Notes under the pieces: model-generated | Seen by the model: only the letters and a program-made list of their open reading frames with translations | What the model was told of the DNA's origin: nothing | Databases searched by the model: none | Program-made: the position numbers and the translations under genes | Shown here: positions 25,778 through 39,700 of the stretch, in pieces | How the letters are laid out: each line of letters opens with the position of its first letter | Numbering within the stretch: the stretch's first letter is position 1 | NCBI GenBank assembly: GCA_001643675.2 | Contig: LSRY02000070.1 | Location: forward strand, 162,868-226,867 | Direction of reading: 5' to 3' | Length of the DNA: 64,000 nt | Origin: Monocercomonoides exilis PA203 | Taxonomy: Eukaryota; Protista; Preaxostyla

Positions 25778-26557
25778 CACCAAAAATAATTCTAATTCGA
25801 AAAAAAATAATTCAAATTCGAAAAAGAATAATTCAATTTCGTAATTAATAATTCGAAATCGAAAATTAATAATTCGAATTCGAAATTAATATTTCAATTT
25901 CGAAAAAAAATAATTCGATTTCGGAATTAATATTTCAATTTCGAAACGTGAATTTTTTTGATTTGTGGAATGAATAACTTGTGTTTCGGGGTGAAAATTC
26001 TCTTAATTGATACCTCATCAGAACATTTTGTTTATCAACATTTGAAAAATGATGCATTTTCATTAAAAAAATTTCTTTCATTTTGAATGAAGATTCATTG
26101 ATTGAAGTTAATTTGAAAAGGAAAGAAATACATTTTCATGTTTAAAACCGATATTATTCAGAATTTTGCCAATGAAACTATAACATTATTGTGAAGAAAT
26201 AATTCAATAATCGTGATTAAATTTTTTTTAAATTTTATTTGGTTATTCAATAGAATGAATTTTTACAAAATTATTAATATTTGAGTGATGATTTTCGAAA
26301 ATGAAAAAAAATTCAAAAAATTGATTTATTGATTGTTGCAATAAAAAAACAGTTTTCTATGAGTAACAAAATTTGATAGGTTAAAAAATAACTTGAACTT
26401 TTCTGAAATACATTCTCGAGAAAAATTAAAAATTTCAGTTTATTATGAATTTCGAAATCGAATTAATAAATTACGAAATTGAATTATTAATTTTCGATTT
26501 CGAATTATTAATTACGAAATTGAATTATTCTTTTTCGAATTTGAATTATTTTTGATG
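25778..26557. mobile_element. 780-bp MITE, TA-flanked, TIRs made of ~21-bp tandem repeats
   Basis: TA|CACCAAAAATAATTC ... GAATTATTTTTGATG|TA. The reverse complement of 26445-26557 matches 25778-25940 (aaataattcaaattcgaaaaagaataattcaatttcgtaattaataattcgaaatcg). Confidence 0.88.
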
Positions 26558-26699
26558 TAACTTTTGAAAAAAATTGGTTTTCTTTTCTTTATTTTTTCAT
26601 CGATTGAAATATCATAACAAAACATCAGTCCTTTCTTTTCGGTTCAGTGCTTCATTAAACGCTGACAGAATTGTGGGAAAATTTTTAATCAAAAAAAAA

Positions 26700-28950
26700 G
26701 ATTCGAATTTGTCTTATTTTCTCTTTATTATTCTCATCACTTGTCCGTCCAGCTTCCTTTTCCATTCTTTCCTCATCTTCCTTCCATTTCTACTCTGCTT
26801 CATTAAAAATTCTCCTTTTGAAAATGCCTCTGACGTTGTTGGCTTCCTCTCCAGCACTTTCTGTACCATTCTTCTCGTTGTATACCTCGATAACTCCAAT
26901 TGCTCGTTAATCTCCTCTTAAAACAAAATTGTCTTCACATTCAGTTCATTTACCGCTGTGTGAGCGATGAGGTGAGCAAAGGAGGAGGATGAAGAACAAC
27001 AATCCGAGGAATTTGAGGAAGAAGAAGAAGAAGAAGAAGAAGTTGTTGTTGTTGTTGTTGTTGTTGCTGCTGCTGTTGTGTTTGAATGAGAAAATTTCTG
27101 AGGATGTTGCTGAGCAGATTGAGGAGGAGGAGAATAAACACTTTCCGTCATCTTCAAATTGTCAGCATTGTCAGACGAAGAAGAATGAAAAGGCATAATT
27201 TGCTGCTGAGGTGTGATTTTAGAATAAGGAGGAGGAAGAGACGAAGCCATAGGTTTGTGTGTGTGATGACTGTCATTATTTCCAATTTGTGAATGCTGCT
27301 GAGTTTGAAAAGAGTTTTCAGTTCGAATTTGGAAGGAAGGAGGGAAGGAAGGAAGAAGAAGAAGAAGAAGAGTGAATGAAGTTGATGTGCAGGCAGAAAT
27401 AAATGAAAAGAAAAAGAATCGCGTTCCGATAATTTGCTGCTGAATCCTTCTTCGATTTTATGATTTCAGGCGAAAAATATGAGCAAAAAGTGGTTTGAAT
27501 AGTTGCAGGATTATTCTTCTCTTTTGTTGTTTTCATCTTTTCTTTTGCTCCTCTTTCTTTCTGAGCCTTTCTAATATCTTTGCCAAACTTATTTTCTTCT
27601 TCCACTTCATCTTTCTCATTTTCGATGCATTTATATGTCAGACTCAACGATCTCTTTTCATCTTTATCACTTATGAACTTATTTGTATTCCTCTTCTCAT
27701 CCTTCTTCTCTCCCTTCCCTTTTTTCTCCCTACCCACCCGAATCCCCTTGCTAGCCACATACGCAGTGTAGTTCAGAATGATGCTCTGTGGCTCAAACAA
27801 TCATCCCTTATTGCTGACATGCTGCTGCTCGTAAACACACACGTATTGGGTTGTCTGTTCCTCCCGAGAATCGCACGAGGTATTGGCACAGTTTCTTGAG
27901 GTTGCAGCAAGAAGGTGGAAATTGATGAGAAATAGAAGAAGGAGGAAATAGAAGAAGAAGGAGAGGAAGAAGAAGAAGAAGGAGAGAAAGAAGGAAAAGA
28001 AGAAGACATGTTCGATAAAGAGTCAGAACTTGGGCTAGATATGTAGAAGGACTTCTGAGTGAATGAAGATGAATATGTGGCGGTGGATGAAGGAGTGAAT
28101 GACTTCGGCGGATTCCCCACAACAACAGAAGTGATAGACAATTGTGTGTAGGGCAAGAGTTAAAAAGGAGGGGTGGCAATTGTCGAGGAAGATATGATGC
28201 GTTGAGTGTTCTGTCGAACTAGCAAAGTTTCAATTGCTGTTCTCTTCTCTTCCCCTGTCCATCCTTTTCCTTTCTGTTACTGCCTGTGGAAGCCTTGTGT
28301 CGAATGCATCAATTAGAGATGTGCAAAACTCGTCTTTCTCCTTCTTCTTCGTCTTCGCCTTTGGCTCTTCCTGCTGTCTCCTTTTCCTCTGCTCTGCGCT
28401 CAATTTTCTTCTGAAATCCGCCTTCTTTGCTTCTTCCATTTGAACTTGAGCTCCTCTCTCTCTCTTCGCTTCTTGGCAGTGTTATAAAGCGAGAGGAGTG
28501 CTATGCGCCTAACAGATCCTATGCATTTCTTATCTACTCCTTTCAGCTCATTCTGAACAGACTGTTCACGGATGTTGCTTGAAAAGATAAAAAAAAGCGA
28601 AATACGCCTCTGTAGAAGAGGAAAACAGTTCAGATGCACTTTTAGCACAGCAATATAAGGCATTGATAACTTATATGATGATGTTCAGTGAATAGAAACC
28701 GAATGAAATAATTATTGGTTTTTATTATCAAGCTGTTTATTGAACAGCTGAAGTTCGTTGGAAAAAAGATTGAATGAAATTATATAAAGTGAACAAAAAT
28801 AACATTGAAGAAGAAGAGGAAGGTGAGAAAAAGGTGAAGAAAAAGGTGATGAAGAAAGAGAAAAGGAAGAGGAAAAGGAAGAAGAAGAAACAAATGAAGT
28901 CGAAGAAAAAGAAACAGTTGAGAAATGAAAAATCAGTCGAATTATATTTA
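26700..28950 (-). pseudogene. Fragmented low-complexity (poly-S/T, K/E-rich) protein gene of unknown family
   Basis: Series of short minus-strand ORFs with coding-like composition; no motif recognised. Confidence 0.35.
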
Positions 28951-30646
28951 TGAAGTTGAGAATAAATTGCATGAATTCGTTTATTGGACAAAATATTGAA
29001 TTAGATGAGTTGATTGAAGAAAAAGTGAATAATCGTTATCTCAATATTTGTTGAAGGCTGAAGGAAATTGATTGATGAAAGATGAAATTCTCAGTTCGTT
29101 TCTGCCTTTTGTAATTTCCTCTCCATTCCTCTCAAAAATAGAAAATGATAATATTTCTCAATTTCATTTTCTTTTCCATTCCCCTCTTCCGTTCAGCTCA
29201 TGAATTTCTCAGAAAATATCAATTCCTTCCTTTTCTTCATCTTTCACATTCTCTTCCTCTTTTCTCCTCTCAAAAAAAATACACCTCTTCCATTTGAATA
29301 TTTCGGAATATTCTTCTTCTTTCCCGCCTTTGCCCTCTTTTCTTTCTTTTCAAAATCCATTTCTCCAATCAACAATAAGCCCTCTCTCCTTTCCCAGTCA
29401 CTTCTCAACATATTTACTATATTATCTTCTCAAAATCTCCACCCACTTTCCCCCACCCCTTTGTCTCAAAATTTCTTTCATTCAAAAACCCCTCTTAAAA
29501 CATTAACATTCCAAAAAACACTCAACTTTCACCCCCTGCCACAAATAATCCTTTTCCATCTCTTTTCTGCTCCACATCCATCCTGTGTCTGGTGTTGATG
29601 AGATAAACATCAATTACTTCTTTTGGTGGTTGAGAATATTATTAAAGGAGATGATCATGCCAAAAACAGAAAAAACACCTCTGGACATTAATCACAATAT
29701 GTACGGGCTGAAAAGACCCTCCAGTGGGATACACAGTATATTTTGTGGAGATGCATTCCATGCTGCAATTTGACTATTCTGAAACTGAAATGAAGAGATT
29801 GAATTTTTGAATGATGATGGCTGTGGAAATGAGTGTGCTTGGCAAAACACAGTCGAAGAGCAGTTTGGTCTTTATTTATTTTATTTATATGAACATTTAT
29901 CTGTTGATGTTTTTGTGTTTCTTTCATGGCAGGAGGAGGAAAAGAATGAAAATGAATGAGAGCGGAATATCTCGTTGTGCAGGGTGACCACCGAGTTGAG
30001 CCAGCAAATTCAGACGGAAAGTGCCAAGTGTGAAGGGATTGAGAAGGGAATTGGAGATGACATTTTCAAACGAAAAACAGGACACTAAAAAATTTGAAAA
30101 AAGGAATAATAGAGAAAACACAAATCTCAAATTTTTCAGAAGTTCAAGAAATTGACGCATTTGAAGGAGAAAAGACTATTGAAAAGGAAGATTAGCGATT
30201 CAGATGATGAAATTCTGAAAATTAATTGTTTTCATTTGATATTTATCGATTTCGACTTATCTTATTCTATTCTGTTTCAATAACATTATTAAACAGTTTT
30301 TTGCTTTAGAAATTGATTAATACCGTTATTAAAATTTTTGTAATTATGTTTTTAAGTCAGAAAACTTAAGTTTTGTTCTGTTCATAAAAAATTTGATATT
30401 TTTTTTGGATATATTTTGTTTTTTTTGCAAAATATGAAATAAAATCAATTAGAAACAAATTTAATTCAAAAAATAAATTATATTAACAATACATTAATGT
30501 AGATTTTCGCATTATAAAACTAAAATATTTTCGATTCAACCCCACACTTAAAGAAATTTTTTTATGATCAAACGTCGGAATTTTTTATGATATCAAAAAA
30601 AATCACCCATTTCCAATACGACTGAATATCCTACGGCAAGAGGTAA

Positions 30647-31498
30647 CGACAAATTCGCGTTATATCGGACATTGAGAAATTGATTTTAATGCAAATAGAA
30701 ATGTTTATTAATCATATATATTTATGTTTTGGATATTAAAAAAGCGCGGAAGTTTGTCAAAACCGAGTTTTTATTTTTTCTTTTTACAAAAAAAAATGAT
30801 TGTGGGTCAATGAAAAAAATCGAAAAATTGGAAAAATTGCTACAGTTTTGATTTATCCTCTCGTTCTGATGAATCTGCACCATCGGACAATCCCAAGCCA
30901 TCAATTTTTGGAATAATTTAACTAATGTGATGTTAAAAAATTTTAATAAAAAATTGAAAAAGAAAGTATTTGGAGGGATTTGAACCATAGACCATTCCAT
31001 TAATACAAGAAAAATCCTAACAACACGACCATTACTACACTCAAAAAGATTCTATTCAAAATTATTCTTTTATTTTAACCCAAACCCTAACACTTGACAA
31101 AATACAATGAAGTTGATTCGAACGCAAACCCAAACACCGAATCCACAATTGAAACGAAAATTGATTGAGAAATGAAAACATAAAAAAAATATAATAGGTT
31201 TATCGAACTTTTCCGAAAACTGTTCCTCTGAACACTCTTAATTGATAAATGCATTAATTCAATAAAAAACTGAATTTAACATTTGTCTTGAAAAATCAAT
31301 TAATGAACTTTATCTGTTTTTCAACAACCCTAATAAGGAATTGACCAAAACTTGAAATTTTTTCGAAACATTTTTTATTTTTGACAAAACGTTTTCAGCA
31401 CCTTAAAACTATTTTTAAAATGAATTAGATACATATTTAAGTATATCAGACTCAAAAAAACTGAAATTTTCGTTGTCCGATATAACGCGATTATGCCG
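30647..31498. mobile_element. ~850-bp MITE-like element
   Basis: Perfect 17-bp inverted repeat TCGCGTTATATCGGACA (30655-30671 / 31474-31490) with imperfect extension. The interior 31070-31170 resembles 44735-44830. No TSD identified. Confidence 0.65.
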
Positions 31499-32655
31499 AG
31501 GAAACTTCAAGTTAACCCCATTTTTTCGTTAAATCCATGAATGAACAGCTGAAAAATGTGATGTGAAGATGTTAAAAATACTTTAGGAAAATAATAACGT
31601 ATTGATCAAAACAAAAAATGATTGAATTGTTTTTTTTTTCAAATCTCAAGTTTTTCGAGGCTTTTTTCAAACTTCATCAAAATGCTTAAACAGAGTTATT
31701 TTCAACCCAAACAATTGCAAATTGCAAATATATTCAAATTTAAAAACCTGAAAATGTCTTTTTATTGTTATTTAATTAATTTATCAAAAAGATTATACAA
31801 AAATTCAGTTTAAGGACAGTTGTTTTTGAGAAATAAAACCCTGAAAAAGTTAAATGATAAACAAAACATATAATAAACACCAAAGAGTATTAATGAAAGT
31901 TCACTTGAAAACATTTACCCTTTTCGTAAATCTTGTTTTTAATTTTTTAGGTACCCTAAAAGCAGCCTTATATCAAAAGTTTTATTTTCCAAAAATATCA
32001 CATGTTTCAACTTTAGATGAAAAATGAATAAATTAATCTGCATTTTTAAAATGATTGAAATATTGAAAAACCAAAGGTTTTGAGGAGAACGTGAAAGTTT
32101 AAAAACAAACAAATGAAAGATAAAAAACCAGTTGTGGAACATCTTTTGTTCCATTTTGTGTTTTGCTAAGAAGAAATAAAAGGGGGAGAGAGAAATAAAG
32201 AAAAATTATTTGAAAAAATAGTTATATGAAAGATCTACAAAATAAAATTAAAACGACTAACTTTCTTAAATTCTTTCAATTCAAGCAGCACTTTCAATAA
32301 CACATTCATCCGGATTCTCTGATCCATCTTTTTTAACAGACTCTTGAATGCAAAACTTTAAGCGATGAAACTGAAAATAATTCTTTTCCTCTAATGAATT
32401 CTCTCTCTTTCTCTATTTTTCAAAGTAAAATCTAAAAATATTTTTAACTCATCCTCGTCCATTCTCAATTTTTCTTTTTTTCTTTTCAATTTTGCATCAA
32501 CCAAATTCTCCTTTCAATAATGTTGCAATTCTTTCAACTTCCTTTTTCAACACTCTCTTTATCATTTTTCTCACAACACAATTTTGCCACTCCTTAAATA
32601 CCAAAAAAATTTGATTGGTTATTGCTTCTTTTGATGTTCATTCTTTTTCTTCTCA

Positions 32656-33488
32656 TGATTAACTCCCTCTCCCTCAACAACACAGCAATCACCCAACTCA
32701 CCCTCAATAGCCAAAGCATCTTCCACCTCACCTCCCTCACCGCTCCCCTCACCCTCAACTCCTCCAACATCACCGATATCACCTCCACTGCCACTCCCGC
32801 CAGCTGTGTTTTTTCCTCTGCTACCTCCCTCTCACTCACCAACTGCACAATCACCAGCATCGACTCAGCTCCACAACACCAACAGACTGCAACCAATGGC
32901 GGATGCATCTCATTCGCCTCATCAGTACCTGCCAACTCCTTTTCAGTGAGTGACACAGCCTTCTCCAGCTGCTGTGTGAGTGAGGATACAAGTTCTGGAG
33001 GAAAAGGCGGTGCCCTCATGATCGAGTACAAGGATGATTCAGAAGTGTCATCCACAACCTTTTCCATCACCAATATCGTGTTTTCAGCCAACAAGGCCAG
33101 CGTCGGAAGAGATATGTATTTTGTGTGCGAATCCCTTGTCGCTTCTGTGAAGGAACCCTTGTTCGCCTTCATGGGAAACATCACTCAGAAAGACAACTCG
33201 GCTGTTGGACATTACAGAACAGAAGCATTCGGTGATTGGAATGTCGATTTGTTTCTATTTCTCTACGAGAATGCAGCTGACAATGAATACGTGGATAGTC
33301 ATCTTGACATCAAAGAAATGTATTGCTGGCTATCAAAGATGCACTGCAAGAGCACACTCAATGCAGAGGGTCTTCTGAAGAAGGTGCAGATCATAAGGCA
33401 GAAATCATTTCATCAGCTGACTTGTCGGTGGATTGGTGCAAGTGACGGCAAGGTCGAAGAAAGTTGGGGAGATGTTATACAAAATTGA
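32656..33488 (+). CDS. Beta-helix/pectin-lyase-like repeat surface-protein family fragment (probably truncated)
   Basis: ATNGGCISF, FSSCCVS..SSGGKGGALMI, FSANKASVGRDMYFVC, VDLF: the same motif set as 21889-22689. No TM tail. Confidence 0.6.
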
Positions 33489-35443
33489 AGAATACGTCTA
33501 ATATGTGTATTTGATGAAATCAACATTGCATGTCGGGCATTTATTCTCAAGTTTCATAGAATTTTCCATTAAATATGCCTTTTCAAACAAATAAGTTTCC
33601 CTCATCGTTTCATCTTCTGCGACATGTTGAAGGCGTGCGTCGTTGTGTAACCTGGCGAACGCAATTTTTGACTCATCCATTTCATAAAAGAATTGCTCTA
33701 ACACTCTTTCTTTTTAATCTGCGCCTCTTTCAGCTTCCGAATGAAAAATCCAGATGTAATCTCCATTTTTAGTTTCGCGTTTTCTGATCGGATTTTTTCG
33801 ACTCGAAATCACATCTATTGCTATTAAAACTTGGCTGCATATTGCAATAGAATGAATATTTGTTTGTGCTTCTGAATTTAAATGAAAGACGAGGCTTGGC
33901 TCTGAATTTGACGGGAGTAAAATGTAATGAAAAACTCAACATTATTATTGTTTTTCATCGATGAAGGCGTTGAAGAAGAATACGATGAAAATGAAATGAA
34001 ATGAATTCGTTTAGAAGTCCTTTTTTCATCAACAGAATAATGAATGAAAAATGAAATGAGGTCGCAATTAAAAATTGACCGTTGAGAAGGAAATGTAATG
34101 AAGTAATTTTTGTTTCAATTTGTGGTTTCGCTGAATTGAGCTGCATAAATACATCGGTAATACAATACTGTCTAATGTCAAGTGAGAAAAAACGTCAGAG
34201 AAGAAGAAGGCGAAGAAGGTGTAGAAGACGAAGAAAAAGTTGAAGAAGAATATGTTATCGTCGAACTCAAATGCCTGATATTTTCAGTTGGAGAATAGCT
34301 TCAGCATCTCAACCTCATTTTCTGCTCCAGTGGATAATTCTCAATAACATAAAGCCAAAGATGAGGGTAAATCGATTCAAATCCATTTTGCCTATTGTTC
34401 ATATCCAGCTGCCCGTATTACGCTAAACTGCCTGATTATCTCTTGTATTTTCGGCTTTCTAACAAAGAAATAAAATGCTGTTTAATCGCACTCCTCAGTC
34501 CATAAATGAAATGTCTCGCCCTTTCTTCTCCCAAGAAATTCGCTTTGCTCAGCTGCAACAGCCGCAAATCTCCTGTTTCATTCCTTTTCGCTCCTTTTCC
34601 ATTCAATTCATCTCCCTAAATTTCTCAACCAAATTCTTCAAAATGTCCTCTCCTTCTTCAAAAAGGCCCCGTTTCATACAGATTGATCACTCATCCTTTT
34701 CATGTTCATAGCCTCCCAACCTCGTTAATTTCGGCCTCGTCCATTGGCATTTTTCACGTATTTCGACACATTGTGTATTGAATCAAAAACATTTTACAAA
34801 TAAATTCTTGTGTTTGAGTACGTGCTGCGTATAAGGTAGCATTAGGTCCACAACTCGGCATTCGACCTTGGTGAACATGAACTGCAAATTTATAAGCTTT
34901 GATGGATTCGCTATTTCGATATGGATTCAAATGAAAACATCTTCAATAAAAAATAATATAAAATAAAATAAAAAATATTACAAACATCCAACTGTTCGCA
35001 TCCAACAATAATATTATTGTACCTCCTTCAGCGATGGCTGTGCAATCCCCCAGGGAAATAATGAAGCAGATAATGCATTTTCAAAGCATTCGAAAAGCAT
35101 CCCTTTCCGGATTCGCATCCTTTCAAGTTTCTGGTGGAAAAGGAAAAATTGTGAAATAAATATACATCACATTATTGCACAATAAAAATGACGATAAAAT
35201 GCCACAAACGCATTGGCCATTCATAAAACAATTTGTTGTTGCCCAACAACTCGAAAAAAGTCTCCAACTCCAAAACAAAGAAAATGCCTGCAAAAGCCGA
35301 GGTGTGTTCGAGAAGCTCGAGGAAAAGTTCAGATCCTCTTTTCTTTCCGAGAAAAATATGATCCATCAAATATCTCACAAATATTTGATATGGGTTGCGA
35401 TGAATCCGGAATCGCATAAAATTCAAATTTTTTTATCACAAGA

Positions 35444-35740
35444 ATGTCCACTTCAAAAGAAAAATTCCATATTTTTGTAACGACAGTACTAGGAAGAGTT
35501 TTCATTTTGAAAGTGTCGAATGAAGATACAATTTTAAAAACAAAGAAGCAAATTGAGGAAGTGTCAAAAATTCCAGTGATTGAGCAAAGAATCATTTATT
35601 CTGCCAAGCAACTCGCGGATGAAAAAACTATTGGAGATTACTATGTGCAGAAAGAATCAACGCTTCACATGGTGCTGAGACTTCAAGGTGGAAATCTGTC
35701 TTTTTGTGAAACAACAAACTCGATGCACAGTCTCTTTTAA
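35444..35740 (+). CDS. Divergent ubiquitin-like domain protein with C-terminal extension
   Basis: [76 protein letters not shown] aligns without gaps to ubiquitin, followed by 15 aa. Confidence 0.85.
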   Translation: MSTSKEKFHIFVTTVLGRVFILKVSNEDTILKTKKQIEEVSKIPVIEQRIIYSAKQLADEKTIGDYYVQKESTLHMVLRLQGGNLSFCETTNSMHSLF

Positions 35741-36786
35741 AAACATTCTTCGATGCGAAGATGGCTTCATCAGGGAAGCCAAATTTTCAATGATGGCGAA
35801 TGTCCTTTTGGCTCTGCAACAACTAGGTTTTTCTTGCGAGCAATTGGACTTCTTAACTAAAAGAATAATAGCCGTATATTTAGAGAAAGAAAATGAATGA
35901 TTTTCTTTTCTTTGCTTTTTTGTGGAATATTGAAAACATTTTGGCTGTTTGTATTCCTTTCAGTCTTTTTTATGATTTTTTTTCTTTTTTTGTTATTCAA
36001 TGCTCTTTGCATTCTATTTGAGTTTTGGCATTATGTTGTTGTTTTTTGTTCAAAAAAATAAAATAAAATAAAATAAAATAAAAAATAAAATTAATCTCGC
36101 AACACATTTGTCATTTCAAAATTTTGCGATTTTTTTAAAATGAAAAAGAAAATGGAGAAAAAGAAAAAAATTGGAAGAACAGAATGGAATGGAAGGAATT
36201 AAGAGTGGATTATTGCGAGATGGATTTTGATGAGAAATGAGTATTTTTGGGATTTTCAATTGAGGAGAGATAAAAAAGGCAAGAATGACAGCAATCTAAA
36301 GAAGCTTTGTGTGGAAGCAAGTGAGATTGAATAATATATCTTAAAAAGATGGAGGAAGTTGGTTTTGGAGATTGGGCAGTATTTTATCAAATCTTCATCC
36401 CTTCCTTTTTGAATTGGGTGCTTCCAGACACAAACTCGTTGTCTGAAAAATAAAATAGAGATTTAAAGACTGAAGAGAAATGATGATACATGTTTGTTTG
36501 GATTAATTCTAATTACTCCTATGAATCTCAATTTTTTTGTATTATTTAACGATTATTGCGAATCAAATAACTATAGTTACAATAAATTACAATAATTTCA
36601 ACATAAACCATGAAATGATAATGTTGAAAAGAAAGGAAAGGAAAAGAAAGCGTTATTGAGCTTCATCTTGAAAAATACACAGAAAAAAACATATTTCAAC
36701 AAATCATTTTGGAAGGCAGCACATCTGCAAGAAACATGCTGGTGAAGAGAAAAAACAAACATATTCCTTTAGCATGACTGATCCCT

Positions 36787-39700
36787 TCACCCTTCAGCCT
36801 TTTTGAAACGCATGAAAGCATTAACAAGGTATTTGAATGATTCGATCCAACCGTCCAAACAACACTTCGCATAGATGACATCCTCCATTCCCTGTTCTTC
36901 CATCACCTCCAAAAAATACCTCAAAAGCTGATATTTTTCTGCATATTTAATAACATTGACCAAAGAATTGTACACTGCCAAGCGATAATAAGAGATGCCA
37001 AAAGAAATCATGCAATTCATGTGCAATGTTGCAGCACTAGAACTCAACTGTACATGTGACGGAGACCATTTATGCATAGCTTCAGCAACAAAAATTGTTG
37101 GTGCTGCAAGCATTTTTGAGCCCAACTCCATCAACTTTTTCGACACCTCAAGAGGAATTGAATGAAAAGATCCATTAACTGCAATGTCCAAACAAACAAT
37201 CCCTAGCACTTCACGGAAATGTGGCTTTATTGCTTTCATGCTTTTCTGCACATCTCTTCCCCAAATTTCAAGCAGTTGAATAAAATCGCTGTTTAACTTT
37301 CCTGACCAGTGTCTCGCTATTTCCCTCAAAAACAACCCGATATTGCTCAGAGTATATGGATGAAGTGTTTGCTTGCAGCATGTTTCAATCATTTTATAAG
37401 CTCTTTTGTCAGCAAAGAGCTTTCCAACTGCGAAACGATAACCTAAAAAAACGTTTCATAATGCCCACATAATTTCGGAGTTTGAAATTTGAAGAATCCG
37501 AATATATAAATGAACAGGCAAAAACAAAAAGAATAACGATTCATTAATCAACAGAATAAAATCAATAAAAAAAGTCCATTCATACCTTTTTTAAACATGT
37601 ATGCCATTCCTAGAAACATTGCACAGATCGATTCTTCGTTCTCTTTGAAGTGTTTGTTTTCTCTGTCATTTTTGTTTTTTCTGTTCGAATCTCCCGCCAA
37701 CACGTTCAAACATAAATGCGGCATCAGTTCACTCAGCGTTCTTTCTGACACTTTTAAATCATACATCGCAAAACAAACAGCCAACATCCCATTTCGCATC
37801 TTTGCTATGTTGAGTGTGCAAGAATATTCCCTGTAAAGAGTGGAATGATTCTTCAACAAAGAGAATTGCTTCGTTGCCAATGACGGGCGAATAAATAAAG
37901 ATTCTGCCAACTCTTTCGCTTTCTCACTATATTGAGGCATTTCTCTCTCAAAGGGTATCTCAAACGGATAGCTAATGTATTTGAATATATCCTCTCGAAC
38001 AGCACAATAATAGATTGCGTTGAATCCAGAAGGAAACGAAGGGATCAAGTTGCACAGTAAGTGTAGAGTTAGCTCTACTCGCTCGGTTTTAGTCACTTCA
38101 TCTTTCAACCAGCGGTAGATCTCAACACTCATTTTTGATTTTGTGTAGAAATCAAACTGTTCCTGAGAAGACTGCACCAACTGCTCCACCGTCTGAATAT
38201 ACACATCATATTTGACACTTCGAAGTTCCTCCAGAGCTGCTGTGACATTCGATATGCAGCGTGTTGCCGACGATGGACATGCCAAACAGATTTGCACAAA
38301 CGCCTGCAAGTGGCTTTTGAGTTTTAAATAGTCATTTGAATTCAAATTGAGAGAAATGGATTTTGTTGTTGATGAGCACAAACAAGAAAGAACATCGACA
38401 GCACAAGAACATCCATCAAGTGAAAGGATTGAATGATGTGAATGAATTTCGAAAGAAGAAGAAGACGATAACGACAATGATGACGACAAAGACGATGATA
38501 AAGATCGAATAAGAACTTCATTTCCACATGCATCTCCTCCATCGGAAACTGTTTGAATCTCATTCTGTGTATTCGTCCCATCTCTCATGTCTCCTCTTTC
38601 AGGCAATTCCTCTCTTTCCTCAAAGCCATAATCATCATCAAACAGCCCCTTCGCAGAAATAACCGTATCAAATCTGTCTCTGATTGCAATTTCATTCTTG
38701 CTTTTCTCAGGTTGATCAAGGACGGCTTCTTTTGCTAGCCTCTCAAAATGCATATCCATCTTGTTCTGCACAGACTCAGGAACAGAAATGGCTCTCAAAA
38801 CAAACTCGCGCACGTGCTTGCGTGTTGAACGGTTGAGCAGCTGCGCTCTTTCGCTCAGAACAGAAAGAAGACCAACAGCAAGCACATCCAAAAATGGAAG
38901 ACGCTCAAAGAACAGTGTTTCCTCTTTGATTTCTGCAACACATTTGAAAAACGCTTTTGCCAACTTTTCGCTGTTGCGCTCAACTTCCTTCTTGGCTGAT
39001 GGCTTATCTCCGTTCAAGACAAGCAGCTTACTCAAGACACACAACGAAGCATAACAGCACTCCACATCTCCTCTTTTCATGCTTTCAATCGCAATTTCTT
39101 CTTCTTCTTCAAACTCTTCCTCCACTTTCAAGTTCATTAGCTGTTCTTTATTCTCAACATTGTGCATATAAACCACGCACAATTCTGCAGCTTTTGATGC
39201 CACACTTTCGAACTCTTCTTTAAAGCACACTTTTCTCTCAAACACAGATTCTGTTTTTCCTTCTTCATCCTCTCTTCCTTTATCTCCTTTCATTCCTTCC
39301 CCTTCTCCTTCTTCTTCTTCATTGGGTGCTTCACTTTTCCACCCAGATTCTTCGCTTCTCCTCATTTTCTTCAGCATTTCCATCACACTTCCACAGGCAA
39401 AGCTCTTTGCAATCTGCGGTGACACTGCAAATATTACAGAAAGCACACTCAGCGCGTCAGACACAGCAGCACGAGAGGAAGTTCGATTGCAACACACAGA
39501 ATAATAAAGAAGGTCTGCAAGTGACTGCTTGATGAGAGGCCGCAGAAAGTTAGGCAATTTGAGCGAAGAAGGCTCGGGCGTGTGAAGAAGAAGAAGTGTC
39601 GGCACATTACAAGAGTTTGATGAGGAAGAGGAGGAAGATGAAGAAGCATATGATGAAAACGAAGACAAAGAAGAACGAAATGAATTCGTTTTCAGTCTTT

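Noticed and set aside
19260-26557. CRISPR-like arrays in the 20-21-bp periodic blocks
   Set aside because: Contiguous degenerate tandem repeats without unique spacers, no cas genes, eukaryotic context; explained as TIR subterminal repeats.
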